Below are positions 1-9,754 of a stretch of DNA of 52,942 bases, piece after piece. Under the pieces are notes generated by a model that was not told where the DNA came from, ran no database searches, and saw only the letters and a program-made list of their open reading frames with translations. Made by a program: the position numbers and the translations under genes. The stretch lies in the IMG/VR virus record IMGVR_UViG_3300033141_002397, positions 1 through 52,942 of that record, one strand, 5' to 3'. Numbering within the stretch: position 1 is the stretch's first letter; each line of letters begins with the position of its first letter. This DNA is from a virus (lineage: Duplodnaviria; Caudoviricetes).

Positions 1-114
1 TGAATCGGCTTATACACATGCGACTGGAAACGGTTCTGATCATAGCGATGTTGCTTTAAATACAACACACAGAACAAGTAATGGCTCAGATCATAGTTTT
101 ATAGATCAAGATGT
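1..114. repeat. Terminal direct repeat (circular assembly overlap), copy 1
   Basis: 1-114 is identical to 52829-52942; the reading frame is continuous across the join. Confidence 0.95.
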
Positions 115-2614
115 AACTTCAGGTAGTGCGCCTACTTTTTTAGCAACTAATTTAGCTGATGGAGGTACTAACGCAATAATTACATTAACGCAAGAAACTA
201 ATTTTGAAACTGCGTATACTCATTCACAAGGTGACGGATCAGATCATGCAGATGTCGCAACTAATAGCGCTCATGTAGCTGCGAATTCGGGTGTACATGG
301 TATTACTGGTTCGGTTGTTGGTACATCTGATTCACAAGAATTAACAAATAAAAAAATCGGTACTGGCACAAGCGATCATAGTGTTACTGGTGCAAGTGAT
401 TTATTTATTACTGGAAAGCTTGAAGTAGATAGCACTGGATATTTCGATAGTGGGCTTCAAACCGCATCATCAACATATTCGACATTTAATGGTAGCTTGA
501 AAGTTACAGATACGCGAAACGTTTATGGTTTGGTATTAAATGATAATGTGAAATTACATTTTGGGACTAATGGTTCTGCACGTGGTAGATTATATTATAA
601 TACAGTCCAAAATCCAAATACGCTTACTTTAGGCGTACCAACTGGCAGTATGGGTTTAGTTGTTTGTAAATCTGGTGATGAACTATCTTATAATTATACA
701 CACGCATTACAAACTAATCCTACTTTGTTTGTTCATTCCGCAAATCAAGCTACGGATGAATGGATTTCATTAACTCATGACCAAACTGATGGGAAAATCG
801 AATCTGGTAAAGGGACAATCAAATTCGTTTCAGTAACAGATAGCACCGTAACACTTACGCAATTGAAAAGTGCTTATACACACATAAGCAATGATGGTTC
901 TGACCATAGTTTTATTAACCAAAACGTAACAACCACAGGCACACCACAATTTGCGCAAATGTTTATAGACGATGCAAATACATATATAGATAAAGACGGC
1001 TCTAATAATATGACTTTTACTGACGCAGTGACAGGCACTAAAACACTTGCTGAATTAGCAACAAGTACGTCATCGTTTACTTTGACTGCCGATTCTGGTA
1101 GTGATCAAACAATATCTTCTGGAGATACTTTAACAATTGAAGGTGGAACTGGTATAGATACGGTTGTTGGGGCTACTGATAAAGTAACTGTTAGCATAGA
1201 TTCGACTGTTGTAACTTTAACAGATTCTCAAACATTAACTAACAAAACTTTTTCGAATGCTGGCTTTAAGATGGTCGATTCAAGTGGTGGTCAAGAATAT
1301 ACTATAGTGCCAGGTGATATTGATTCTAATTATAGTTTAGTTCTACCGCCAATAACTGGCACGGATACAATATTATCTGCAAATGCGGATCAAGATGTGC
1401 AAGATAAAACATTTACTGCAAATTGTACTTTTAAAGATTCAGCATTATTTATTAATGAATCTGGAGATGCAGGTAATACTTACCAGTTAATACCTTCTAC
1501 GTTAACTGCAAATAGAACCATAACATTGCCAGCTTTGGCAGCAAATGATGTATTTGTTTTTGAAGCTCAAACACAAACTTTAACTAATAAAACTTTAACA
1601 ACACCAACAATAGGAGATTTCACTAATGCAACACACGATCATTCAAATGCAGCCAATGGCGACGCATTAGCTGCAAGTGCAGTGACGGCTCATGAAGGGT
1701 CTATTGATCACAATAATCTTTTAAATGCACATAATCTTACTACTGATATAGACCATGATTCGTTAACAAACTTTGTTACAGATGAACACGTAGCTCATAG
1801 TGGAATTACACTAACTGCGGGAACTGGTTTATCTGGCGGTGGAGATATTAGTGCAAACCGAACATTTTCATTATCGCATTTAGGGATTGAATCTCTTACT
1901 GACCCAAACGATGATCGTATTTTATTTTGGGATGACGGTGCTGGTGCGACCGCTTGGTTAGATCTTGGCGATTTCTTAGAAATAAGCGGGACAACATTTA
2001 ATTGCACTGCATTAGATCAATGGATGATTATCGCTAACTATCCTGAATTTTTATCTGAAAACTTTACTGAAACACTTGGCGGTACTGGTTCATCAGATGT
2101 AGCAAACGGCGAAGCAATACTTAGCGCATCTGGCGGTGCGAGTAATGACGTAACTGAAGAACAAGATTCTCATATTACGCCAACGGCTGGCGAAATCTGG
2201 AACATCTATTTTGATGACCTTGAAGTAAATTATTCAGATGGCGAATTAGCAACCGCATCAGATACATTAGTATTTGGATTACGTGATAACAATAATGTTA
2301 CAGAACAAATTATTTTTATTAAACAAACTGGAAATAGTAATGATAAAATCGGTACAAGAACAAGAACTGGCGCAAATATAACTGATAACGCAGATGCTGG
2401 AACTCTTACACGCGCAACTAAATATAATTGTAGAATCAGAATAAATGGTACAAGTGAAGTTAAATTTTATATCAACGATACAGTAATACAAACACATACT
2501 ACTAATATAACAACTAATGAGCTTGGAATTCTTATGAGTATAAAACGTTCTGCAAGTGAATCTTCAGCTGGTAATTTAAAAGTAAGTAGAATACGAATTA
2601 AAAAAGGTGATTAA
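1..2614 (+). CDS. Tail fibre / adhesin, 3' part of a ~1220-aa ORF starting at 51780 and crossing the junction
   Basis: Frame from base 2 (GAA TCG GCT...) is open and in frame with 497..2614; Thr/Asp/Ser-rich with QTLTNKT and DH repeats typical of fibres; beta-rich C-terminal domain. Confidence 0.85.
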   Translation, partial: ESAYTHATGNGSDHSDVALNTTHRTSNGSDHSFIDQDVTSGSAPTFLATNLADGGTNAIITLTQETNFETAYTHSQGDGSDHADVATNSAHVAANSGVHGITGSVVGTSDSQELTNKKIGTGTSDHSVTGASDLFITGKLEVDSTGYFDSGLQTASSTYSTFNGSLKVTDTRNVYGLVLNDNVKLHFGTNGSARGRLYYNTVQNPNTLTLGVPTGSMGLVVCKSGDELSYNYTHALQTNPTLFVHSANQATDEWISLTHDQTDGKIESGKGTIKFVSVTDSTVTLTQLKSAYTHISNDGSDHSFINQNVTTTGTPQFAQMFIDDANTYIDKDGSNNMTFTDAVTGTKTLAELATSTSSFTLTADSGSDQTISSGDTLTIEGGTGIDTVVGATDKVTVSIDSTVVTLTDSQTLTNKTFSNAGFKMVDSSGGQEYTIVPGDIDSNYSLVLPPITGTDTILSANADQDVQDKTFTANCTFKDSALFINESGDAGNTYQLIPSTLTANRTITLPALAANDVFVFEAQTQTLTNKTLTTPTIGDFTNATHDHSNAANGDALAASAVTAHEGSIDHNNLLNAHNLTTDIDHDSLTNFVTDEHVAHSGITLTAGTGLSGGGDISANRTFSLSHLGIESLTDPNDDRILFWDDGAGATAWLDLGDFLEISGTTFNCTALDQWMIIANYPEFLSENFTETLGGTGSSDVANGEAILSASGGASNDVTEEQDSHITPTAGEIWNIYFDDLEVNYSDGELATASDTLVFGLRDNNNVTEQIIFIKQTGNSNDKIGTRTRTGANITDNADAGTLTRATKYNCRIRINGTSEVKFYINDTVIQTHTTNITTNELGILMSIKRSASESSAGNLKVSRIRIKKGD

Positions 2615-2616
2615 TT

Positions 2617-2835
2617 ATGAAAAGCAGGATTAATAAAATAAGGGATAATATTGCTGAATTGTTGAACATTCAATCTGCACAATTAGCGATTGCGATTAGT
2701 AACGAAAACGAATTTGAAGTTAAGTATCTCAATGGCGATTCGCTAACGTCAGAACAAATAGATTCAATTAAATCAGAATACCCTAATTTCAAATATAAAC
2801 TTGGCTTAATAAAATTTAATGGCATTAACGACTAA
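2617..2835 (+). CDS. Hypothetical protein (possible fibre-associated protein)
   Basis: AGGTGA SD, 72-aa ORF directly after the fibre gene. Confidence 0.7.
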   Translation: MKSRINKIRDNIAELLNIQSAQLAIAISNENEFEVKYLNGDSLTSEQIDSIKSEYPNFKYKLGLIKFNGIND

Positions 2836-2847
2836 AGGTGTAAAAAA

Positions 2848-5451
2848 CTGGCAACTGAATACGTAGACGCAAATATGAATTATGCCGCTGGGGCAGGAAA
2901 TAATAATTTCTTTTCTATTTCAGTGTTTTATAATAATTCATGGTTAAATATTACCGATAATATTTCTACATGGACGCTTGAAGACCCGTTAAATGAAGTC
3001 GGGACTTTAACTATTGAATTATATGATGTTGGTTCTACTGAACGCAATTATATCACTAACAATTCTTTAATAATGGTTTTGTCAGGTGTTAATCTACCTA
3101 TTTGGATTGGACGCATAAACTCCACAGAATACTCTACCGACGAGTTCGCAAAAATCGTTGCTTACGATATAATGATAGACCTCAATAAATATAAAGTAGT
3201 ATACCCCAGCTCAATAGATTCCGATACGAGCGATTATTATCGTGTAAAATACATTAATACATCTAATACAACTGTATTTAATGAATTATGTTCAACTAAC
3301 GAAGACGGCTCGTCACCATGGCTTTTACAACCAGATACAAATGATACATATGGCGCAATAACAATCAGATTAGAAAATGTATCGCGATTAGATGCTTTAA
3401 TGGCATTACGAAAATCGCTCAGCTATGATTTATACTCAAGCATCAATACCAGTGATTTAACGCCACGGATTAATTTTGATGACCATAAAGGAAGCAATAC
3501 GTCAGTTGCTACATACGAAATTGATGGCACAGACCAAAATATTGATATTGTTAGTATCGAAGAAGACGAAAACGAATATGCGTCTGGGGTTGTTTTTTTA
3601 GGTTATGGTAACGGCAAAACGCAATTAAAAACATCTTTTTATGCTATCCATGAAACATACTCGACGCTAAACGAATCTTTATTCAGTTATCATGATATTG
3701 TTGCCGCGAATCATATTCCTGCATCTGGAGACGATTGGGTTGAAATCGAAGGCGATTATACTGATTATTTTGCAAATGGCGATACGTTTGTAATTGAAAA
3801 CTCAACAGCAAATAACGGCACATGGACAGTTAGTTCAGTTTCATATCAAACTGCAACACAACGAACACGTATATTCGTAACGGGTAGTTTAGTAGATAGT
3901 ACTGGCAACGGCAATCTATTCGAAGACCAAATTGATTTAGTTGATGCATCCTCATTTACTTCATCCGGTTATGTGCTTATTGGCGAAGAGTTAATACAAT
4001 ATACGGGCATATCTTCCAATACCTTAACGGGTTGTACCCGCGGTGTTGATTTGACCAGTCCAGATAACGTTACAACTGTCGCATCAACACACGGAAAAGG
4101 TGCGTTGGTTTTTCAATACGATAATACAACAAGTAACTCAATAAAAACTAACCTTGGCGATTTAGAATATACTGCCAATAGCCCAATAGGTACAAACGGT
4201 TTTAAAGAAGATGTTATATTAGATCAATCTATATCGAATAACGATGTTGCTGAACAAAGGGCGTCTGCGTTTTTATTAGATCGAATGAATAAATATTATA
4301 CTATTGAGTTTTCAGTTAGCGAACCTATAACTGCTATGAAAACTGGTAACGGCGCCAGCACACCACTTGAAACTGGTGACGTTATAACTTTAACAGATAC
4401 ATCTTGCGGAATAACTTCAACAGAATATAGAATCCAGAAAATAGTGTGTGGTAGTGATGATAATGGTGAATATTGTAATATTACTGCTTCAAATAAACCG
4501 TCTGGGTTAGTATCTGCTATCGCTGAAGAAGTGAAACAGTTCAAAATGAGCACTTCATTTGACCAGGGTTATGTTAATATAATCGAACTTAACGAACGCG
4601 ATAATACTAAAGGTTTAAATTATCCGCTTAAATTAGAATGGTATTATCCAAATAAAACTGTTGAAGTTGGTAAGACATTTATTTCATTTTATTTATCTGA
4701 TTTTAGAGCTTATTCAAAAGCCACATCTACATCAGAAACACCTACAACAACATCAACAGATTTTGCAGATAACACTGCGGTTGCAACATCAGGGGCATTA
4801 AAACCATCAACTACTACAAGTGCAGAATTGGTTGGTAAAGTTAAAATGCCTCAAATTGGTAGCAGTTCATCTACTTTCGAAACAGTAAGAGCACATTCAT
4901 CATATCAAAATCTTAGTGGCGCATCTATTACGGGTTATTTTGTTTATGAGAATCTAACTAACGCATGGACACCAGCAACAAGATCTTCATCATCAATAAC
5001 TATTGCAGATGATACATCTGAGCCAGTTAATACTGATTTACCCGCTACTTATAGTGGTGAAATAACTAAAATGAATGATTATATAACTGTTAAATTTGTT
5101 GTAACATCTGGAACACCATCTGAGTTTGATGTGGTAACTACAACAATTGTTGGATTTAATAAAACAAGCCATTCTCATACAGTTACTGCACATTCTCATG
5201 ATATAGACGCAGATATATACGAAGTTTCAGCACCAGCAAGCCCATCAATAAAAATAAAAATTGATGGAACTGATCAAACAACTGCATTGGGCGGGCCATG
5301 GTCTTCCGATGTAAGTGATTTAGATATAACTACTTATATCTCTGGGTCTGGATCACATAATATTATATTATATGACAGTAACACTGAACTCATTAGAATA
5401 CGTGCAGTATTATATTCTGAGTTCTTTATAAGGAGTGGAAAAAATGTCTGA
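2848..5451 (+). CDS. Minor tail / tail-tip (hub-like) protein; start CTG 2848 or ATG 2875
   Basis: 858+ aa; tail-tip-like N-terminus (IWIGRI, GYGNG, GDVITLTD..YRIQKI); position in the tail module. Confidence 0.75.
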   Translation: MATEYVDANMNYAAGAGNNNFFSISVFYNNSWLNITDNISTWTLEDPLNEVGTLTIELYDVGSTERNYITNNSLIMVLSGVNLPIWIGRINSTEYSTDEFAKIVAYDIMIDLNKYKVVYPSSIDSDTSDYYRVKYINTSNTTVFNELCSTNEDGSSPWLLQPDTNDTYGAITIRLENVSRLDALMALRKSLSYDLYSSINTSDLTPRINFDDHKGSNTSVATYEIDGTDQNIDIVSIEEDENEYASGVVFLGYGNGKTQLKTSFYAIHETYSTLNESLFSYHDIVAANHIPASGDDWVEIEGDYTDYFANGDTFVIENSTANNGTWTVSSVSYQTATQRTRIFVTGSLVDSTGNGNLFEDQIDLVDASSFTSSGYVLIGEELIQYTGISSNTLTGCTRGVDLTSPDNVTTVASTHGKGALVFQYDNTTSNSIKTNLGDLEYTANSPIGTNGFKEDVILDQSISNNDVAEQRASAFLLDRMNKYYTIEFSVSEPITAMKTGNGASTPLETGDVITLTDTSCGITSTEYRIQKIVCGSDDNGEYCNITASNKPSGLVSAIAEEVKQFKMSTSFDQGYVNIIELNERDNTKGLNYPLKLEWYYPNKTVEVGKTFISFYLSDFRAYSKATSTSETPTTTSTDFADNTAVATSGALKPSTTTSAELVGKVKMPQIGSSSSTFETVRAHSSYQNLSGASITGYFVYENLTNAWTPATRSSSSITIADDTSEPVNTDLPATYSGEITKMNDYITVKFVVTSGTPSEFDVVTTTIVGFNKTSHSHTVTAHSHDIDADIYEVSAPASPSIKIKIDGTDQTTALGGPWSSDVSDLDITTYISGSGSHNIILYDSNTELIRIRAVLYSEFFIRSGKNV

Positions 5452-5989
5452 TTTAAGAGTAAGATTTCTATGGATTAAAGACACATCTGATGGTAAAGTA
5501 TCACCAGGGCCTGACGCATCAAGTTTAGGTGCAGTTGCACCTGATACTAATAGAGGTCATGATTTAGGTAAAAGTCTATTTAGATGGGACGATTGTTATT
5601 TTTATAATGTAGATGTAAGTAACGATTTGGATGTATCTGGAACTAAAAACTTCAAGATTACACATCCCTCTGATGCTGATAAATGGTTACGTCATTCTTC
5701 ACTTGAAGGGCCTTTTGTTGGCACAGTTTATAAAGGCCAATCAACACTTTCGAATGGTTCAGTTACAATAACATTACCTGACTATTTTTGGGCCCTAAAC
5801 AAACATACTGGTTTTTCATATTCTTTAACACCGATTGGTAATTATTCAAAACTTTATATTTCAAAAGAACCCGACGAATCAAATACATTTGAAGTCTCGG
5901 GCGATGTTGATGTGACTTTTTCGTGGATACTTATTGGCGAACGTGACAATGCAACTTTAATAATCGAAGAGAACAAAGAAGAAATTTAA
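5444..5989 (+). CDS. Tail-fibre-type C-terminal / chaperone-like domain protein
   Basis: KNFKITHP...LRHSSLEGP...LPDYF...LTPIG...GERD motif string common at fibre C-termini; SD AGGAGTG before ATG 5444. Confidence 0.7.
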   Translation: MSDLRVRFLWIKDTSDGKVSPGPDASSLGAVAPDTNRGHDLGKSLFRWDDCYFYNVDVSNDLDVSGTKNFKITHPSDADKWLRHSSLEGPFVGTVYKGQSTLSNGSVTITLPDYFWALNKHTGFSYSLTPIGNYSKLYISKEPDESNTFEVSGDVDVTFSWILIGERDNATLIIEENKEEI

Positions 5990-6034
5990 ATTTAAATCGA
6001 ATTATTTATAAGAATAGAATAAGGTATATATTAT

Positions 6035-6607
6035 ATGGACAATAATGAACTTAAACAAATTCGTAACATAGAGGATCATCCTGATGCTATCGACCTCGCT
6101 AAAAGATTAGCTGCATCTGGCAATTCGTTACGTGATATTGCAGAAATAATCGGTATGAAACTTAAACTCAAATGTTCTCACACTTGTGTTAATAAAATGA
6201 TACAGTATACGGGCTCGCGCTCAAAATTCAATAGAGAGCTACAAAAAGGCGACCTCAGTTTAATTTCAATGCCTAATAACGTTCTGCGTGTAAATTCAGA
6301 ACTCTGGAACATGTACGAAACAGTTACAAACGATACCCCAAAAAAGATAAAAGATCGGTTAGCTATTTTAACTGCCATTTCAAAGCAAACTGAAGTCATA
6401 ATGAAACTCGGTGTAGAGCTAAAGAAACACAAAGATAAGATGGAAGAAAAACAAGACGAAAAAATTGATTTAATAGCTAACGCAATGCAACAAGCTGAAA
6501 ATCTTAAGAAATTAGAAGACGCGGGACTCATAAAAATACTCAAAAAGCCAAAACTCAATAAAATCATAAACATAACCGAAACAGAAGTTATCGAACCTGA
6601 AGAATAA
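6035..6607 (+). CDS. HTH + coiled-coil protein, candidate terminase small subunit
   Basis: N-terminal HTH (GNSLRDIAEII...SHTCVNK), helical middle; own TATA at ~6004, leaderless. Confidence 0.45.
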   Translation: MDNNELKQIRNIEDHPDAIDLAKRLAASGNSLRDIAEIIGMKLKLKCSHTCVNKMIQYTGSRSKFNRELQKGDLSLISMPNNVLRVNSELWNMYETVTNDTPKKIKDRLAILTAISKQTEVIMKLGVELKKHKDKMEEKQDEKIDLIANAMQQAENLKKLEDAGLIKILKKPKLNKIINITETEVIEPEE

Positions 6608-6690
6608 TCTTTTTCTTTTTTTAATTTTAAAATAATAAATTTTATAAATAATTAATGTATTATATTAGTATTCGCGCTATTTAGCGTTCA

Positions 6691-6708
6691 ACCAAAAACT
6701 TTAAATAG
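6691..6708 (+). promoter_or_regulatory. Archaeal BRE-TATA promoter (ACCAAAA-N-TTTAAATA)
   Basis: Similar motif at 12631, 13349, ~34796, ~42987 and on the minus strand at ~27265. Confidence 0.7.
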
Positions 6709-6776
6709 ATGCATTCTGTAATATTTTCGAAAAGATTAATCGAAAAGATTAAAAAAATAAACGGAGGTAATAAAAT

Positions 6777-7421
6777 ATGGCAAGTTTAATTGTGGGAAAA
6801 CCACCAACAACTGCTGGTGAGATAGTAGATATATCTATTATCGATAGCAAATATGAATCAGCAGATAAACAGCTCTACGTTGAGGTATCCAACGTATATA
6901 ATGACGGAGGTTTTAAAGTCTGGTATTCAATCAAATATAAGCGAATCGATGGTCAAATTACAGATGTTATTTCACCGTTTTGTTTTGCAGGTAAGTTTCT
7001 AACCCGGCTTGGTAAAATTGGAGTCAAAGCTAAAGATACCGAAAGCCTTATTGGTACTAAACTCGAATGGCTTAACGAAGAAGTCAAATTTGGTAAAGAC
7101 ATAACTGTAACTAAATGGATGCCACAGAAGATCCATAAAAGCACAGAACAGTCTTCAGAAACAGCAACAACTTCAACAGAAGCACCTAAATCTGTTAATC
7201 CAGAGCCTATCCTTGAAACCAATGTTGATTTAGAAAACATAATCAAAACGGTTCTTAGTGAACATAACGGTACGTTGGGGTTGACTGAATTGCTTGAAAC
7301 TATTCCATTGAAAGATTCGTCATATAAACCTAAAGATATTATGAGAACTACAACTGCGATGGTTTCATCTGGTGTACTTGTAGAAGACGTGAAAGCAGAT
7401 ACTATTTCGCTTCCACTTTAA
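6777..7421 (+). CDS. Putative ssDNA-binding protein (beta/OB-like N-domain, linker, winged-helix C-domain)
   Basis: GGAGGT SD; beta-rich N-half, Thr/Ser/Glu linker, wHTH-like C-end; first gene of the replication operon. Confidence 0.5.
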   Translation: MASLIVGKPPTTAGEIVDISIIDSKYESADKQLYVEVSNVYNDGGFKVWYSIKYKRIDGQITDVISPFCFAGKFLTRLGKIGVKAKDTESLIGTKLEWLNEEVKFGKDITVTKWMPQKIHKSTEQSSETATTSTEAPKSVNPEPILETNVDLENIIKTVLSEHNGTLGLTELLETIPLKDSSYKPKDIMRTTTAMVSSGVLVEDVKADTISLPL

Positions 7422-7458
7422 TTTATTTTTTTATTATTAGTTTTTTGAGGTGATTATT

Positions 7459-8331
7459 TTGAGTAGATATGATTTTCAAAATAGAGTTCCATACATCAAA
7501 TTCGATGATTTAAATTCATTGAATCGCGCAATACAAAATAGAATAAGAAGCAAACCTCAGCATATGGCGAGGTTCAGAACTGGTATAAAAGATTTCAGAA
7601 AAGTCTTTGGTGATTTACCTAAAGGTCTTACACTCTTTTCAGGCGGTAGTGGTACGGGTAAATCTAATATGGCTAAATTTATTGCCAAATCAGTCGCTGA
7701 ACAAGGTTTCAAAGTTATTTATGCTTATAGCGAATCAGGAACTGATCGAGTTTTTAACGAGAATATAATAAACATGGATTATACGTCTTGGTTACCTAAC
7801 TGGCAAAAGGCAATAAACCAAGTATTCTTTGCAGTAAGCCAATTAGATGCAGATTTGTTAGTTATTGATAGCATTACTAACTTTCTTAGCTCAACCCGTA
7901 AAGCAGTAAGTGAAGCTGAAATTAGAGGTGGTATTTTTGATATTAGTAAAATATGTCAATACCAAATACCTGTTATAGCGACCTCTCAGATTCGAGGATC
8001 AGGAAACTTTTCACAATGTGCTGGTGGTCGAGGTGTAGATCATGCCCCAGACTTATTTTTATGGTTCGATAAAGTCCGAATAACAACCAAGTTCTTAGCT
8101 GACGATTATGACGCACGGGTTGGCGAAATCGTATGGATCATTCATGCCGAAAAAGACCGACAAGGCTTATCTGATCAAGGTTCAATGTATAAAGTAGTCT
8201 ACGAAAACGATAACAAAGAACTAAAATTCTACGATTTACAAGAACTCCGCATAGCGCGATATAAAGCCAAAATAGAACAAGAACAAAAGAACGAACTGAA
8301 GTTCACCGATTCAAAAGCCACAAAACACTGA
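7459..8331 (+). CDS. RecA-superfamily ATPase (RadB/KaiC/DnaB-like)
   Basis: Walker A GGSGTGKS, Walker B LLVIDS, ATSQ, HAPD and EKDRQG motifs; GAGGTGA SD then TTG 7459. Confidence 0.85.
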   Translation: MSRYDFQNRVPYIKFDDLNSLNRAIQNRIRSKPQHMARFRTGIKDFRKVFGDLPKGLTLFSGGSGTGKSNMAKFIAKSVAEQGFKVIYAYSESGTDRVFNENIINMDYTSWLPNWQKAINQVFFAVSQLDADLLVIDSITNFLSSTRKAVSEAEIRGGIFDISKICQYQIPVIATSQIRGSGNFSQCAGGRGVDHAPDLFLWFDKVRITTKFLADDYDARVGEIVWIIHAEKDRQGLSDQGSMYKVVYENDNKELKFYDLQELRIARYKAKIEQEQKNELKFTDSKATKH

Positions 8332-8338
8332 AACATAG

Positions 8339-9712
8339 ATGATATTAATGGCATTACTTAACTTTAGACAATTAGAAGAAATCAACCCAATCGAAGAAGC
8401 TAAATGGTTAGGAAAACAAGTATACAAACATATTGGTGCTTTAGCGTTCCCCGAGCTTGAAATGTCGTTCCTTTTAGGTGCAATGAAACGCCAAACTTAC
8501 ACAGGTAATAAATATATGCGCCTGCGTAAGCATTTGCTTTTATACTGGGAACGAGGCTTTTTTAAAACGTCCAGTATCCATTTTTTTCTTGACGAATGTT
8601 GTGGTGCAGTAGATATTGGTAAACGCCACGATTACCCAAATTCTGCAACTTATATGAAAGTTAGCAAAGATTTCTCAATGGCTAAGCTAAGAGGTTCTTG
8701 TGAAGGCTCTAAAATCCAGTTACCTCAAATCCAACTACCTAACTTTTTGGTATCTGGCGAGCTTATGACATTCCTCGGCTCTGAATCAACCCAATTTAGG
8801 ACTATGGTAAACTATCTTAACGAAGTATTAGAAGAAGGCGTTGGCCGAGTATCGTTAGTAAAAATGGCTAATGTCAAACTCAGTGACGATGATTTAGTCC
8901 GCATGGAAAACCGTAACATTTTTTTTGATGAAGAAGAGGGGCTTATGCTTTATCCAGTTGCCAATACACTTATTGCTGGTTCGAGGATACTCGATGAGCG
9001 ATTATTCCAAACTTTAGAAATGTCGGGGTTCTTAGACCGATTCGGAGTAATCACTTGGAACTATACGAAAAACGAATTCAATGAACAATGGCGACACGTA
9101 CCAAGAACTAAAGTATATGTTGATGAGCTTATGCTTTTCAATACCAAGCTCTGGAATACCCACATACAAAAAATCCAAGAGCCTCCAGTCGATTATGTCA
9201 ATAGAATCAAAGATAGCCTCTCAAAATACTACCAAGAGCTCGAAGAAGAGTCTCAAGTGCCTTACCACTTGATCAAATCCGCACGAGATAACCTAAACAT
9301 AAACCATCTCATGACCGCACATGCGATCGCCAACATATTCACACGACGCGGCATCGGTAAAGTATACAAAGAATTGAAATACGAACGCGAAGATTTTATA
9401 TTCGCAATGAATCATATGGAACAATATGCACGCAATCGCTTTTTATGTATTGCAGAATCGCCCCGTTACAAAAAGAGTGTAGATATGTGGCGGACGTATA
9501 CAGAATTACGTGACCAGTTTGGCGCGGATGCTATAGTCCCTATCAAAGACGCTATAAACTCTGTAAAAGAAATCCATGGCGGTATTAGTGAACGACAAGC
9601 ACGCCGTATAATCAATGAATTTAACGTTAAAACGTGGCTAATTAAAAAACCAAGCCCGAGTATAGACGGAAAAAAAGGACGTCGTTCTAATCAGATTATA
9701 TTTATGCGGTGA
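8339..9712 (+). CDS. MCM-like AAA+ ATPase with degenerate Walker motifs and C-terminal winged helix
   Basis: RKHLLLYWERGFFKT (Walker A position), LVSGE (Walker B), NEVLEEG..VSLVK (presensor-1), FLDRF (Arg finger), SARD (sensor 2). Confidence 0.6.
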   Translation: MILMALLNFRQLEEINPIEEAKWLGKQVYKHIGALAFPELEMSFLLGAMKRQTYTGNKYMRLRKHLLLYWERGFFKTSSIHFFLDECCGAVDIGKRHDYPNSATYMKVSKDFSMAKLRGSCEGSKIQLPQIQLPNFLVSGELMTFLGSESTQFRTMVNYLNEVLEEGVGRVSLVKMANVKLSDDDLVRMENRNIFFDEEEGLMLYPVANTLIAGSRILDERLFQTLEMSGFLDRFGVITWNYTKNEFNEQWRHVPRTKVYVDELMLFNTKLWNTHIQKIQEPPVDYVNRIKDSLSKYYQELEEESQVPYHLIKSARDNLNINHLMTAHAIANIFTRRGIGKVYKELKYEREDFIFAMNHMEQYARNRFLCIAESPRYKKSVDMWRTYTELRDQFGADAIVPIKDAINSVKEIHGGISERQARRIINEFNVKTWLIKKPSPSIDGKKGRRSNQIIFMR

Positions 9713-9754
9713 ATCAATATGCGCAAAAGTAACAACACAGCTCATCCTGATCGA

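Noticed and set aside
1-114. Biological terminal repeat of the virion DNA
   Set aside because: It lies mid-gene and is more simply an assembler overlap; true termini cannot be read from the sequence
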